A stretch of 48,029 nt of DNA from Candidatus Krumholzibacteriales bacterium (GTDB lineage Bacteria > Krumholzibacteriota > Krumholzibacteriia > Krumholzibacteriales > WJIX01). The first letter of the stretch is position 1; each line of letters starts with the position of its first letter. The translations under genes and the position numbers were made by a program. Positions 30,898 through 40,744 of this stretch are shown in pieces. The notes below the pieces were generated by a model. It was not told the origin of the DNA. It made no database searches and worked only from the letters and a program-made list of their open reading frames with translations. Where the stretch lies: the NCBI GenBank assembly GCA_046483305.1, contig JAWODM010000070.1, positions 1 to 48,029 on the forward strand, read 5' to 3'.

Positions 30898-32622
30898 ATG
30901 TGGAAATTCATATCACTGGCATTTGCGGCTGCGGCTCTAACCGCGGCTGATGTTGAGATAATGACGCCTGCAGGAGGAGTATCCTACAGCAGGGATATTG
31001 AGGTGCATGTTATAGTGACGGATGAGCCGGCTGATTCAGTACTGTGCGTTGTTAATGATCAGGCGGAGATTGTCCTCAGCCGCCTGGACAATGACTGGTA
31101 CACCTATATGCGCAATGATAACCACATTGGATCTTCCGAAACCTATGGACCAAGAAGCAGTAATATTTTCTGGGCAAAAGGAGTCAGCGGGACCCAGCAT
31201 GAGTTCTGCAGCCCGGTGATAGTTGACGGGATTGTATATTACGCATCTGATGATGAAGAAAAACTTTACGCGCTGCGGGCGGAAAGCGGCAACATCGTCT
31301 GGGAGTACGACCTGGGTGACCCGGACTCAGTTGACGCGGTGGACGACGCGGTGACTGTAAAAGACGGGAAGGTCTACGTGCCGGCCGATTCGGCCTGGTG
31401 CCTTGACGCGGATACAGGCGACCGGATATGGGCTTACAAGTGGCCGGCGTATAGATGGGTGATGAACGGCACTCCCGCGGTTGCCGCCGGGACAGCCTAT
31501 TTCACGGCTGTTCCCAGCAGCGGGGCGGATTCGTGCCGGGTGCTGGCGCTGGATGCGGAAACGGGAAACCTTGAATGGAGCAGATTATTCACTCATTACA
31601 CCACCGGATGTCTGACATACTCAGACGGACTTATCTTCCTGCCAACCGCCTACGGGCCCCTTTACGCGCTGGTTGCAGCGACTGGTGAGACAGTTTGGAG
31701 CAACACTGAGGCTGAGAACGGATACTGGGATTCATCTCCTGTTATCAAGGATGAAATTATATATATAGGGGGAAGGGATGAAATCGGAGGCGAAGATGCC
31801 GGATGTATCCATGCCTTCGATATGAATACAGGCAGCCTGATCTGGGAAAGCAAGGTGTCTGATTACTGGAAGGGAGTGGAGTCGACCCCGGCCCTTTACA
31901 GGGGGAAGATTATTGCCGGGTTCAGCCGGGACTGGCACGATGAAGGTTTCGTGTGCGCGCTGGACCAGGAGACCGGCCTGATGCTGTGGAAGGTAAAATC
32001 AAGCCTGCACGGATCGGTGGGGGTGGCGGGAGGAGTGGCCTATTGGGCAGAACACTACGGCAGGGATGTTTACGCGGTTAAGGCCGGCACCGGTGAGATA
32101 ATCTGGAAGCGGGAACTTCCGGGAGCAAGCTCCAAGGGTATGCAGTCAAGCCCGGCTGTTACCGACGGTATAATGTATGTGGCCGCGACCGACGGAAATC
32201 TTTACGCTTTTGGCGAAAAAATGAAGTACAGTTATACCGGCCATGTATCCGCGCGCAGCGGTGTTAATTACTTGTCAGTTACCGCCTGGGATTCGCTGGG
32301 AACTGAAATAGGATACGAAAATATAGCCTTCACGGTTACCACCCCTCCTGAAATTACCATGGTCAATTATCCGAATCCTTTCAACGTCAGGACTCTGATA
32401 AAATACCGCATCTTTTCGGCGGATAATGTCAAGATACGGATATTTGACGTAAGAGGCAGACTGGTGGCCGCAATCAATGAAGGATATAAGAGCGAAGGGG
32501 AGCACTTCGCGGAATGGGAAGGAAATTCCCGGAGCGGCGAGAAAGTGGACAGCGGTATATATTTCTGCAGGATCAGCACATCCGGGGGCGAAGCGACCGC
32601 CAAGTTCAGCGTTGTGAGGTAA
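30898..32622 (+). CDS. Secreted PQQ-like (BamB-type) beta-propeller protein with FlgD-Ig/T9SS-like C-terminal domain
   Basis: Signal peptide; repeated SPV..DG.VY...LYAL...TG...W blades; NYPNPFN...IFDVRGRLV...SGIYF tail. Confidence 0.85.
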   Translation: MWKFISLAFAAAALTAADVEIMTPAGGVSYSRDIEVHVIVTDEPADSVLCVVNDQAEIVLSRLDNDWYTYMRNDNHIGSSETYGPRSSNIFWAKGVSGTQHEFCSPVIVDGIVYYASDDEEKLYALRAESGNIVWEYDLGDPDSVDAVDDAVTVKDGKVYVPADSAWCLDADTGDRIWAYKWPAYRWVMNGTPAVAAGTAYFTAVPSSGADSCRVLALDAETGNLEWSRLFTHYTTGCLTYSDGLIFLPTAYGPLYALVAATGETVWSNTEAENGYWDSSPVIKDEIIYIGGRDEIGGEDAGCIHAFDMNTGSLIWESKVSDYWKGVESTPALYRGKIIAGFSRDWHDEGFVCALDQETGLMLWKVKSSLHGSVGVAGGVAYWAEHYGRDVYAVKAGTGEIIWKRELPGASSKGMQSSPAVTDGIMYVAATDGNLYAFGEKMKYSYTGHVSARSGVNYLSVTAWDSLGTEIGYENIAFTVTTPPEITMVNYPNPFNVRTLIKYRIFSADNVKIRIFDVRGRLVAAINEGYKSEGEHFAEWEGNSRSGEKVDSGIYFCRISTSGGEATAKFSVVR

Positions 32623-32648
32623 TTGGCCGGATCCCGCTTATATACCAA

Positions 32649-35075
32649 TCATGTTATATCCAGTCTCTTTATCAACCTGTATATGGTACTGCGGGAAATT
32701 CCAAGTTCACGGGCGGCAGCAGATTTGTTTCCTCCGGTTTTAACCAGGGCAGAAACCACCAGCCGGCGAATATCATCCGGGTCTCTGGTAAGGCCTATGG
32801 CGGGCATGGGATGAACCTTCAGCGGATTCATCTCCGGAGAAGCGTTCATCTCATTACCTGAAATGCTGTGTTTCCTGATTCCGGGCGGCAGGTCCCCCAT
32901 GCTAATTACTGCCGGATCACTGGTGCTGACGGAAAGAAGCCTGGCAAGATTAACCAGCTGGCGGATATTTCCAGGCCAGTTATAACTATTCAGCAGCTCG
33001 AGCGCATCATTCCCGATCCTGAGAGGGGCTCCGAATTTCTTCAGGTAATAAGCCAGGAGCGGGTTGATATCCTCCCTGTGTTTTCTCAGGGGTTTGACTC
33101 TGACAGATTCATTATTAATCCGGTAGTAGAAGTCTTTCCGGAGCGCGCCGGTCCGGAGGAGATTATCCAGGTCCTGATTGGATGCTGAAATTACCCTGAA
33201 ATCCACCTCCCTCTCTCTCGATTCTCCGACACGGCGTATCCGTTTTTCCTGAAGGGCCCTCAGCAGTTTTGCCTGCTGACGGACAGACAGCTCTGATATT
33301 TCATCAAGAAACAGGGTGCCCCCGGACGCCCTCTCGAAAAGGCCGATATGATTTCTGACCGCCCCGGTGAATGCTCCCCGGCTGTGTCCGAACAACTCGC
33401 TTTCGAAAACCTGGTCAGTGATGGAAGCGCAGTTCACCGGTATAAAAGATTTCTCAGATCTGTTTCCGGATGCATGTATGAACCTGGCGATTATTTCCTT
33501 TCCGGTTCCGGTCTCTCCCGTGATAAGAACCGGTATTTCGCTGGGGGATATTTTCAGGCATTTATCGATTATTTTCTTAAGATGTTCTGACTGAGCTACC
33601 ATAAAATCACGATAGAGGGATTCTTCTCCTATAGAAATATTTATGAAACCGGATTCCGGTTTTTTCCTGACCGGGTTTTCGGATATTTTCTCCATGAGTT
33701 TTTTGCACTGAGCGGTTCTTTTTCTCAATCCAATATCCCGGAAGATCTTTAATGCATTATTCGCGTAATCTTTTATTTCGGAATTCAGCTGAGCTGTTTT
33801 TTCATCGGAGAGCTCAGATTCCAGGGTATAATTGTGTAGAGACTCGGCAGCGGTGAATAAGGTTCTGGCCAGTTCGAACTTCTCCTTTATCAGGCGCAGC
33901 ACCGAAACAGACTCTCTGAAGGATGCCATGGCCGATTCCAGCTGCCCGGTTTTCAGCTGGAGAACTCCCATTGCGCGGAATACCGCTCCCAGCTCGTAGT
34001 TGTCGTGCAGTTTCTCCGCCAGTTTAAGAGCTTTGGACAGCATTTCGTCGGCAGATGGAAATTGATCCAGGCGGATATAGAGGTCTCCCAGCCTTCTGCT
34101 GACCTCCAGCGCTATATCGCCGGCGGGGGCGATTTCAAGGGCCAGAGACTCTGCTTTCTTGAAATGATACAGAGCCTCGTCCAGATTGTCCTCCAGCAGG
34201 TTTATTTCACCCAGGAATTCATGGCCCAGAGCAAAGGCGCGCCGGTGGTCAATTTTGTCCGCGATCCTGGTGCCTTCTTCCACCAGCCTGCGGCCCCTGT
34301 CAAGCTCTCCTGTGTATATGCACACCCGCCCCCTGGCCAGGAGGGATTCAGCGGTCCTGGTTCTGTTACCGGAAATTTCATAATACCTGGCGGCAGAAGA
34401 GAGCTTTATCTCCGCCAGTTTATACCTGCCGGTCTTATAATAGAGAATTCCCAGCATATGATCGGTGGCCGCTTCCTGGTTTTTATCTTCAGCCAGTTGG
34501 AAGTTCCGGGCTGCTGTTCTGTAGTAGGACTCGGCTACTTCAAAAAATGACCTCTGAAAAGCGGTGTATCCGAGCATGTACAGCACATTTCCGAGCATAA
34601 GGTTATCCGACCTGCTGTCATAATACTCTCTGCATTTACGGAAACAGATGTTGGCGCTGTGGTAGTTGCCCTTCCAGAAGTAAGCCTTTCCAAGACAGTA
34701 CCTTATAAAGAGATCTATCTCGTCGTCGAAAGATTCACCTGCCAGGGATGAAAGGAAATCTATGGCCTTCTGAGGGTTATCCCTGATCAACAGAATCTGG
34801 TATTTAAGGAAGATGAAATCCTTTTCGCCGGTTATATTTCTTTCCCGCTGCTCCAGTTTTTTGATAACCACTGCCGCTTCTTCGTAGAGCTGATTATGAT
34901 AATATGCCCTGGCCAGCAGAAGAGCTATTTCTCTGTTGTAGTAGACGGATATGCTTTCCTCTTCGCACTCAGAACCCTCCGGTAACGCGTCCTCCAGTAT
35001 TATCAGAGCTTTCTTATACTCTTCCCGGTTAAGCAGTTCTCTGGCTTTTATAATGATATCATTAACTGCTGACAT
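32649..35075 (-). CDS. TPR-domain sigma54-dependent transcriptional activator (bEBP) with Fis-type HTH
   Basis: About 460 aa of TPR-like repeats; GETGTGKE, ESELFGHSRGAFTGA, LFLDEI, WPGNIRQL; GGNKSAAARELGISRSTIYR. Confidence 0.93.
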   Translation of the reverse strand: MSAVNDIIIKARELLNREEYKKALIILEDALPEGSECEEESISVYYNREIALLLARAYYHNQLYEEAAVVIKKLEQRERNITGEKDFIFLKYQILLIRDNPQKAIDFLSSLAGESFDDEIDLFIRYCLGKAYFWKGNYHSANICFRKCREYYDSRSDNLMLGNVLYMLGYTAFQRSFFEVAESYYRTAARNFQLAEDKNQEAATDHMLGILYYKTGRYKLAEIKLSSAARYYEISGNRTRTAESLLARGRVCIYTGELDRGRRLVEEGTRIADKIDHRRAFALGHEFLGEINLLEDNLDEALYHFKKAESLALEIAPAGDIALEVSRRLGDLYIRLDQFPSADEMLSKALKLAEKLHDNYELGAVFRAMGVLQLKTGQLESAMASFRESVSVLRLIKEKFELARTLFTAAESLHNYTLESELSDEKTAQLNSEIKDYANNALKIFRDIGLRKRTAQCKKLMEKISENPVRKKPESGFINISIGEESLYRDFMVAQSEHLKKIIDKCLKISPSEIPVLITGETGTGKEIIARFIHASGNRSEKSFIPVNCASITDQVFESELFGHSRGAFTGAVRNHIGLFERASGGTLFLDEISELSVRQQAKLLRALQEKRIRRVGESREREVDFRVISASNQDLDNLLRTGALRKDFYYRINNESVRVKPLRKHREDINPLLAYYLKKFGAPLRIGNDALELLNSYNWPGNIRQLVNLARLLSVSTSDPAVISMGDLPPGIRKHSISGNEMNASPEMNPLKVHPMPAIGLTRDPDDIRRLVVSALVKTGGNKSAAARELGISRSTIYRLIKRLDIT

Positions 35076-35090
35076 AGAGATTGTTTCCTG

Positions 35091-35489
35091 TTATTTTTCT
35101 GTTAACAGATATTCCCCCAGGAGCTTCAGAAATCGTAAGTATTTGCTCGCAGGTGAATTCGTTTCTTCATAATACATCAAGAATATTTCCGGTATTTCCT
35201 CTCCGTCCTGGTCTGGAAATGATACTCCGGGGCCGTTCCCGTTCTCTTCACCTTTTCCTCTGTTACCCCCGCCACTATCTCTTTCGTCATCCCGGTTGCG
35301 CCTGCCCCTGATAACCCAGTCCGGGTCATGTCCCGGTTCCCCGTAGTTCCAGTTCCAGGATTGGTATATCGCCGCCGGTTCTGCTCTGATTAATTCAGAT
35401 CCCCCGGCATCAACCGGTATAATCATAATTACCTTTAAAAATATAAAGATAGCTGCCACAAAAGGCGAGATTATCAAATTGTTTTTCAT
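35091..35489 (-). CDS. Small secreted protein, P[GS]xDP family paralog 1
   Basis: GGAGGG RBS; signal peptide; GEPGHDPD; low-complexity linker; C-terminal YLRFLKLLGEYLL; stop is 15 bp before the TPR-bEBP start. Confidence 0.75.
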   Translation of the reverse strand: MKNNLIISPFVAAIFIFLKVIMIIPVDAGGSELIRAEPAAIYQSWNWNYGEPGHDPDWVIRGRRNRDDERDSGGGNRGKGEENGNGPGVSFPDQDGEEIPEIFLMYYEETNSPASKYLRFLKLLGEYLLTEK

Positions 35490-35521
35490 GGTATACCCTC
35501 CATTGTTATATTGTAGATAAG

Positions 35522-35551
35522 ATTATACCCTAAATATTGATGAGTTGTCAA
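35522..35551 (-). promoter_or_regulatory. sigma70-type promoter of the small-protein/TPR-bEBP operon
   Basis: Minus-strand TTGACA (35551-35546), 18 nt, TATAAT (35527-35522). Confidence 0.75.
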
Positions 35552-35568
35552 ATCTGAGCTGTAATTAC

Positions 35569-35686
35569 TGTACCAGCATGTATCACATTGTTTCAGGCTG
35601 TCCGGGGGCTAATTATTTTATAAATAAGAGCTTATGTATATCAGATTCTAATGGGTGTATCACCTGACACAATAAATCTTGTATCG
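35569..35686. promoter_or_regulatory. Putative enhancer (UAS) cluster TGTATCA with IHF-like site
   Basis: TGTACCA/TGTATCA/TGTTTCA at 35569/35579/35589 (10-bp phasing); TGTATCA-cc-TGACACA at 35656-35671; TGTATCG at 35680; IHF-like AAATAAGAGCTTA at 35622. Confidence 0.5.
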
Positions 35687-35823
35687 CATGAAGCTGTTTA
35701 ATAAACCGCGGGTTCTTATCCCGAGGCGGGCTATCGTTATATCTTCTATGCAAGCAAAGACTTATAGCTCTGCATCTATTGCTTTTGCTTCTGTATACCG
35801 TCCACGTATGTCCATTATTACTT

Positions 35824-35839
35824 TGGACTCATAGTTGCA
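35824..35839 (+). promoter_or_regulatory. sigma54 (-24/-12) promoter upstream of the S8 peptidase
   Basis: TGGACTCATAGTTGCA: GG-N10-GC with a consensus TTGCA -12 box. Confidence 0.6.
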
Positions 35840-36033
35840 CTATCCTTTTCCTATAGCTCTTTAAAGACCTTAGTTACCTGGAGATAAAGAGTGGAAGGGG
35901 GTGATCAAACCGAGTCGGAATTACAGTTCTCTGGCCGGACTACCGGCCTCTATTATTTAACAGTACAATACCCTGAATACCCGGAGGATTTTGAGTGGAA
36001 AGGGCAGGGTATTGTCGCTGAATCAAGTAAGGA

Positions 36034-39000
36034 GTGAACATGAAACTTAGATCTGCATTTATTTCCGTAATTCTATTATTGACCTTCCTGCCGCTGGCGT
36101 TCGTTTCTGCCGCTACTCCGGCTGAACGTGAATTCGTTCCGGTGCAGAAGGGTTTTAAGGCTATGGGAGAAAAAGTACTTCCGTATGCCCCTGACAGGGT
36201 GATGGTAAAATTCACCAGGACCGCCTATAAGAATTCCAATCTGAACATCCGTCTCCAGAAAGGAACGGAAGTGCCCGGAGGGTTAACCGGGATCGGTTCG
36301 GTGGACGCTCTGAGCGGGGATGTAGGGGCGGAGAAGATTTCACGCCCATATATTGAGCCGAAGAACAGGATGGAAGCGATACGTCTGGGGACCGACCTCT
36401 GGTTCCGGATAGATCTGCCTATGGGAGCGGATATAGAGAGAGTCGTTGATCGGTATTCAGCCGATCCAAATGTCGAATACGCCAAACCGGATTACCGCGC
36501 TTTCCCGGCTGCGGTTCCCGGGGATCCCCTCTATCCGGACCACTGGGGTCACAATAACACCTCCCAGCTTCCTTCCTACGACTGGAATACCCATACCCAC
36601 ACAGGCCCTCAGGTTGGCACGGTAGGTTTCGACGCCAATGCGGAAGCGGCCTGGGACGGCGTCCAGGGATTCGGGAGCTCCAGCGTGATTATCGCTATCC
36701 TGGACTCCGGCGTGGATATTGACCATCCGGACCTGAACCTGGTCAGCGGTTATGACTTCGGTGACAACGACTCAAATCCCGATGACGATTCCAGGTCTGC
36801 GGGCCACGGTACCTGCTGCGCCGGTGTTGCCGCGTCAGTCGCCAACAACGGTATTGGAGCTGCCGGAGCCGCTCCCGGATGCAGCATCATGCCCTGCAAG
36901 ATTGCTGATAATGCGGGCAGCATGTACTTCTCATATATAGAAAACGCGCTTTACTGGGCTGCGGATAACGGGGCCGATGTAATCAGTATGAGCATTGGAG
37001 CTTATATAGATAACGATCCGGCGACCGATGCGGCTATTGAATATGCCCATAATGCCGGTGTAGTATTACTGGCCGCCACAAGCAACGACAATGACAATAT
37101 AATCACCTATCCCGCAAATCACGCCGACGTGATCGGAGTGGGCGCCGCTTCTCCATGCGGTGGAAGGAAGAGAAGCAGCAGCGATACCGGAGAACTTAAC
37201 CCTGGTGTAGAGCCGGACCCGAATGGTTACACCTGCGACGGCGAGCGCTGGTGGGGTTCCAACTACGGCTCAACCTCACAGGATGACGCCGGTGCGGTGG
37301 ACGTGATAGCCCCGACTATCGTTCCGACCACTGATATCGCTGGAAGCGGCGGATACCAGTCAGGGGACTATGAGCCGTTTTTCAACGGCACCTCCTGCGC
37401 GACACCTTACGCGGCTGGAGTCTGCGGCCTGATTAAATCGGCGAATCCCACCTGGACGCCGACCCAGATAAGAGACCAGCTGTGTTCGAGCGCGATTGAT
37501 ATCGAGAACGTGGAATCCGGGCCCGGCTGGGACCGCTACAGCGGATACGGAATGGTTGACGCTGAAGCTGCCGTTGGAGGCGCTGTGACCGATCCTCCGG
37601 TCGCAGGATTTACAGGATCCCCCACAACAGGAGATGCACCTCTGACAGTTAACTTTACAGATGAGTCGACCAACAGCCCGACCTCATGGAGCTGGACCTT
37701 TGGAGACGGCGGCACATCCACCGCCCAGAATCCGAGCTATGAGTATACGGCTGCAGGAACCTATACGGTAGAACTCACCGTAACCAACAGCGCCGGAAGC
37801 GACACCGAAACCAAGGTCGATTACATTACCGTTACGGAACCGACCAATCCTCCGGTTGCCGCGTTCAGCGGGACTCCCACCTCGGGAGAGGCGCCGCTGA
37901 CGGTGAGCTTCACCGATGAGTCGACCAACAGCCCGACCTCCTGGAGCTGGACTTTCGGAGACGGCGGGACATCCACCGCCCAGAATCCGAGCTACGAGTA
38001 CTCTTCGGCGGGTACCTACACGGTGGAACTTACGGTAACCAATACTTACGGTTCTGACACCGAAACCAAAACGGACTACATCACTGTCACCGAACCGGGC
38101 CAGACAACCAAGGTCTATGCCAACGCCGACATCCCGGTCACCGGAAATGTAAGCGGCAGTTATTCGAATACTACCGCCAGCGACGACAGCGATGAAACCA
38201 TTACAGAGGTTGCCTACACCGGGCATCCCAGGAAAACTTACAGCTACCTTGAGCATAAGTGGACCTTCGCGGTACCGGCCAATTCAGGCGAGGTAAACTT
38301 CTACCTGGAGGCCGCCAGGGATGATAACAGCGACGGCGATGATTTCATATTCGCCTACTCAACCGATGACGCCACCTACTACAACATGGTTACGGTTGCA
38401 AGCGCGACCGATCAGCTCTACACGGCCGCTCTTCCGAACGGAACCAGCGGAACCGTGTATGTCAGGGTTTTAGATTCGGTCAGGGAGTGGGGAACCACCT
38501 CCAACGACCCCGTACATATAGACTATATGTACATCGAGGTCGGCTCAGGCGGCGGTTCGGCCCCGGTAGCGGCTTTCTCGGGGACGCCGACATCAGGCGA
38601 ATATCCGCTGGATGTTACTTTCACAGACGAATCGCTGTATAACCCGGCTTCCTGGAGCTGGGATTTCGGAGACGGCGGAACATCCACCGCTCAGAATCCG
38701 ACTCATACTTACAGCGCGGCGGGTACCTACACGGTATCGCTCACCGCAACAAATGAGTACGGTTCTGATACCGAGACCAAGACCGACTACATCACGGTTA
38801 CCGAGCCCGGCAGCGGCCCGGCACTGCATGTGTCCGATATAGCTGTGGGGAGACAGTCCCGTGGTGTAAATCTGAACGGAACCGCAAATGTACTTATAGT
38901 TGACGGAACCGGAACCCCGGTTGCCAACGCAACGGTCTACGGTTTCTTCAATGAACCGAACACCAATACGAAATCAGCAGCAACCGGTTCTGACGGTATC

Positions 39001-39447
39001 GCTCTTATCGAGAGCGATAAGACCAAGGACGCGGTTGCCGATTTCTGCTTCGAAGTTACCGATGTTGTTCTCAGCGGAGCCACTTACGACTCCGCAGCTA
39101 ATACGGTAACCAGGAGCTGTGAGAGCGGCGATGTGTTCAGCAGCAACAGCAGTCATGTCCTCCTTCAGAGAAATGAGACTCCGGATGAGTACAAGCTGAT
39201 GCAGAACCATCCCAACCCGTTCAACCCGGTGACCACCATCAGATTCAACCTGCCGGAAGAGGCGCATGTCAAACTGGAGATTTTCGACGTGCAGGGCAGG
39301 CTGGTGAAGACACTGGCGAACAGGACGTTCAGCTCAGGTTTCCATGCCGCAGAATGGAATGCTAGCGGTATTTCGAGCGGAGTCTATTTCTACCGTCTCG
39401 TAACACCGTCCTATACCGAGATGAGGAAGATGATTCTTCTGAGGTAA
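36034..39447 (+). CDS. Secreted S8 (subtilisin) peptidase with three PKD domains and T9SS-like C-terminal domain
   Basis: Signal peptide, prodomain, triad ILDSG / GHGT / FNGTSCATP; three SWSW.FGDG PKD repeats; NHPNPFNP...SGVYFYRL tail. Confidence 0.93.
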   Translation: MNMKLRSAFISVILLLTFLPLAFVSAATPAEREFVPVQKGFKAMGEKVLPYAPDRVMVKFTRTAYKNSNLNIRLQKGTEVPGGLTGIGSVDALSGDVGAEKISRPYIEPKNRMEAIRLGTDLWFRIDLPMGADIERVVDRYSADPNVEYAKPDYRAFPAAVPGDPLYPDHWGHNNTSQLPSYDWNTHTHTGPQVGTVGFDANAEAAWDGVQGFGSSSVIIAILDSGVDIDHPDLNLVSGYDFGDNDSNPDDDSRSAGHGTCCAGVAASVANNGIGAAGAAPGCSIMPCKIADNAGSMYFSYIENALYWAADNGADVISMSIGAYIDNDPATDAAIEYAHNAGVVLLAATSNDNDNIITYPANHADVIGVGAASPCGGRKRSSSDTGELNPGVEPDPNGYTCDGERWWGSNYGSTSQDDAGAVDVIAPTIVPTTDIAGSGGYQSGDYEPFFNGTSCATPYAAGVCGLIKSANPTWTPTQIRDQLCSSAIDIENVESGPGWDRYSGYGMVDAEAAVGGAVTDPPVAGFTGSPTTGDAPLTVNFTDESTNSPTSWSWTFGDGGTSTAQNPSYEYTAAGTYTVELTVTNSAGSDTETKVDYITVTEPTNPPVAAFSGTPTSGEAPLTVSFTDESTNSPTSWSWTFGDGGTSTAQNPSYEYSSAGTYTVELTVTNTYGSDTETKTDYITVTEPGQTTKVYANADIPVTGNVSGSYSNTTASDDSDETITEVAYTGHPRKTYSYLEHKWTFAVPANSGEVNFYLEAARDDNSDGDDFIFAYSTDDATYYNMVTVASATDQLYTAALPNGTSGTVYVRVLDSVREWGTTSNDPVHIDYMYIEVGSGGGSAPVAAFSGTPTSGEYPLDVTFTDESLYNPASWSWDFGDGGTSTAQNPTHTYSAAGTYTVSLTATNEYGSDTETKTDYITVTEPGSGPALHVSDIAVGRQSRGVNLNGTANVLIVDGTGTPVANATVYGFFNEPNTNTKSAATGSDGIALIESDKTKDAVADFCFEVTDVVLSGATYDSAANTVTRSCESGDVFSSNSSHVLLQRNETPDEYKLMQNHPNPFNPVTTIRFNLPEEAHVKLEIFDVQGRLVKTLANRTFSSGFHAAEWNASGISSGVYFYRLVTPSYTEMRKMILLR
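37594..38808 (+). repeat. Three intragenic PKD-coding direct repeats (about 250 bp each)
   Basis: Highly similar nucleotide blocks at about 37594-37842, 37848-38097 and 38561-38808 (GGAGACGGCGGnACATCCACCGCnCAGAATCCGA in all three). Confidence 0.8.
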
Positions 39448-39463
39448 TAGCAGCCTGAAGGGA

Positions 39464-39493
39464 TTCCGGGCCGGGTTTAATCCCGGCCCGGAA
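39464..39493 (+). terminator. GC-rich hairpin after the S8 peptidase
   Basis: TTCCGGGCCGGG-tttaat-CCCGGCCCGGAA 12-bp stem; weak U tract. Confidence 0.65.
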
Positions 39494-39544
39494 CCTGTCT
39501 ATAATGCTTCAGCTCCCCATTCCCACAAAAATCCCAATTTATAA

Positions 39545-39574
39545 TTGACAGATATATTATCAGAGGAGTATTTT
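39545..39574 (+). promoter_or_regulatory. sigma70-type promoter of paralog 2
   Basis: TTGACA (39545), 18 nt, TATTTT (39569). Confidence 0.55.
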
Positions 39575-39615
39575 ATACAAGGTAAGTGGTCATTTCTAAG
39601 AGATAGGGGGTTATC

Positions 39616-39855
39616 ATGAAGAAGACGGTTAATACGATTGTCCTGCTGTTTGTTCTATTTTCATTGTCGATAGTAATACCGGAAGGGATTTCGGCCAGGC
39701 GTAATATTGCATGTGCCGACCCCAGCGAGGATCCTCATCTTTCAGCCGATACGGGAGATACCTGCCTGGCAACAAACGTGGATGAAAATATGATCAGCAA
39801 GAGGTCATTTATGTTCCGCATTATATTGGAGCAGGCTGTAAGGCTGGTATTTTAA
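39616..39855 (+). CDS. Small secreted protein, P[GS]xDP family paralog 2 (orphan)
   Basis: AGGGGG RBS; signal peptide; ADPSEDPH; C-terminal FMFRIILEQAVRLVF. Confidence 0.72.
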   Translation: MKKTVNTIVLLFVLFSLSIVIPEGISARRNIACADPSEDPHLSADTGDTCLATNVDENMISKRSFMFRIILEQAVRLVF

Positions 39856-39909
39856 ACTGACAGAGTTCTGTCGATTTTATCAGACGGCCAGGCCCGCAAC
39901 CGGTATCTA

Positions 39910-40575
39910 TTATTCCGAAACTCTTTCCCTGGCGGCACTTTTCAGCTTGTCGTCAGCCATGATGGCAATGTCTACCCGCCGGTTTGCCTGACGGCCCTCC
40001 ACCGTTTCATTGGTGGCAATGGGCTGGCTTTCGCCATATCCCATAATAGTGAAACGGGTGGGATCCACATTGTTAGCCGCCAGCTGGTTCGCCACCGACT
40101 GAGCTCTCTTGCGCGACAGTTCCAGGTTGTATTCTTCGGGGCCCATGGCGTCGGTATGTCCTTCGATAAGAACGTTGGTCTTCTCGTACTTGTTCAGGAT
40201 GGTCGCGAGTTCATCAAGGTTCTGGACCGCCGCCGGCCGTAGAGATGCCTTGTCAATATCGAACAGTATACCCGAATCGAAGGTTATCTTAATACCTTCT
40301 CCGACTCTTTCAACCCTGGCTCCCTCGATATCCTTCTCAATCTCTTCCGCCTGCTTGTCCATGTAATGACCGATGTATGTTCCAGCGGCTCCCCCTATCG
40401 CGGCGCCCAGGATCGCTCCCAGCGCGGTGTTGCCGGCTTTGTTGCCTATGGCTGCTCCAACTGCGGCTCCCGATGTGGTTCCAATAACCGCCCCTTTCTG
40501 GGTTCTGCTCATACCGCATCCGGTGATAGCGAACAGAAAGGAAACCAGCATGATCGAAGCAATAATCCTTTTCAT
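39910..40575 (-). CDS. OmpA-family lipoprotein with glycine zipper (YiaD-like)
   Basis: Lipobox ITGC, GAAVGAAIG zipper, LFD..KA.L, EGHTD, YNLELS.KRA, NRRVDI. Start at ATG 40575 after GGAGG. Confidence 0.92.
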   Translation of the reverse strand: MKRIIASIMLVSFLFAITGCGMSRTQKGAVIGTTSGAAVGAAIGNKAGNTALGAILGAAIGGAAGTYIGHYMDKQAEEIEKDIEGARVERVGEGIKITFDSGILFDIDKASLRPAAVQNLDELATILNKYEKTNVLIEGHTDAMGPEEYNLELSRKRAQSVANQLAANNVDPTRFTIMGYGESQPIATNETVEGRQANRRVDIAIMADDKLKSAARERVSE

Positions 40576-40744
40576 TTTAGATGCCTCCATTCTGGTTTAT
40601 TCTTCTTTGCTATTTCCCGATGGCAAGGGAAAAACGTTAGAATGCAAAATCAATATCCGGGAATTAGATTATAGGAGTTTCTATTGGGGGGCTATCCACA
40701 TTGCTGCTTCCTGATTTTTCTTTAAACCTGTAATAATAAACAGA

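Noticed and set aside
37594..38808. Long direct repeats as a mobile element or DGR template/variable repeat
   Set aside because: They are in-frame PKD domain duplications; no reverse transcriptase or transposase is present.
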